From Candidatus Cloacimonadales bacterium (GTDB lineage: Bacteria > Cloacimonadota > Cloacimonadia > Cloacimonadales > JAIOQZ01): a DNA stretch of 64,000 nt. Positions within the stretch are counted from its first letter, which is position 1. Every line of letters begins with the position of its first letter. Shown here one piece after another: positions 63,717-64,000 of the stretch. A model generated the notes under the pieces. The model was not told the origin of the DNA. It did no database searches and saw nothing but the letters and a program-made list of their open reading frames with translations. Both the position numbers and the translations under genes were made by a program. The DNA lies in contig CAXXTU010000002.1 of NCBI GenBank assembly GCA_963662655.2, positions 2,976,001-3,040,000 on the forward strand, in the 5' to 3' direction.

Positions 63717-64000
63717 TTAGAAGGTCATGTTGTAGATGATCATGACCGAGCGATCAAAGCCATCCGTGTGCCGGCTGTTTTCCAGAATATCGTAGCCTTC
63801 CACGCGGAGAATCAGATAGTCGGTGAAACGGATATTGATCGAGGCATTGAGGTATCCCTTCTTGTAGTTCTTCAAGCGGGGGACATCGTCCTCTTCATCC
63901 TGATCCTCAATCTCTTCCGTTTCCGGATCGAGCTTCCTGCCCTTGGTATCATTGAGCGCAACATCATACTCACACGCGACGGTGATCTTGTTGGTGATGT
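63717..64000 (-). CDS. C-terminus of a probable outer-membrane beta-barrel protein (5' part outside window)
   Basis: Translated by hand: ...EYDVALND...GYLNASINIRFTDYL...DRSVMIIYNMTF*; terminal Phe with alternating pattern. Confidence 0.6.
   Translation of the reverse strand, partial: ITNKITVACEYDVALNDTKGRKLDPETEEIEDQDEEDDVPRLKNYKKGYLNASINIRFTDYLILRVEGYDILENSRHTDGFDRSVMIIYNMTF

Overview
A bacterial chromosomal window, most likely phylum Cloacimonadota (Ca. Cloacimonetes/WWE1). This assignment rests on recalled 16S signatures and on three secreted proteins ending in a YPNPFNP...KMxLLK FlgD-Ig tail; no database search was run. The window holds one complete rRNA operon (16S-23S-5S, no spacer tRNA) and housekeeping genes (uvrA, rpmE, prfA, secDF, coaD, glyQ, guaD, ftcd). 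It also has a TetR-MMPL-LolA-like-beta-barrel operon, a GntR/YtrA-ABC operon, a FabH/ACP/SDR/acyltransferase cassette and several large secreted proteins. Four things stand out. (1) A self-contained sigma-54 module: a TPR-AAA+ activator, two palindromic 15-bp repeats, a -24/-12 promoter, a pseudo-receiver protein and a secreted GLUG-repeat protein with mosaic GC content. The activator is one of three cytoplasmic TPR sensors that share a linker helix but have different output domains. (2) A ~270-nt, almost fully base-paired multibranch intergenic element (4994-5264), plus other structured intergenic elements (58492-58687, 61430-61554). (3) An ISL3 element (48274-49620) with inverted repeats, an 8-bp target duplication and a nonsense-mutated transposase. 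It interrupts a low-GC gene with HEPN-like motifs while supplying a new in-frame ATG. (4) A 1357-aa acidic surface protein with five tandem ~130-aa repeats. No CRISPR array, tRNA, prophage or reverse transcriptase was seen.
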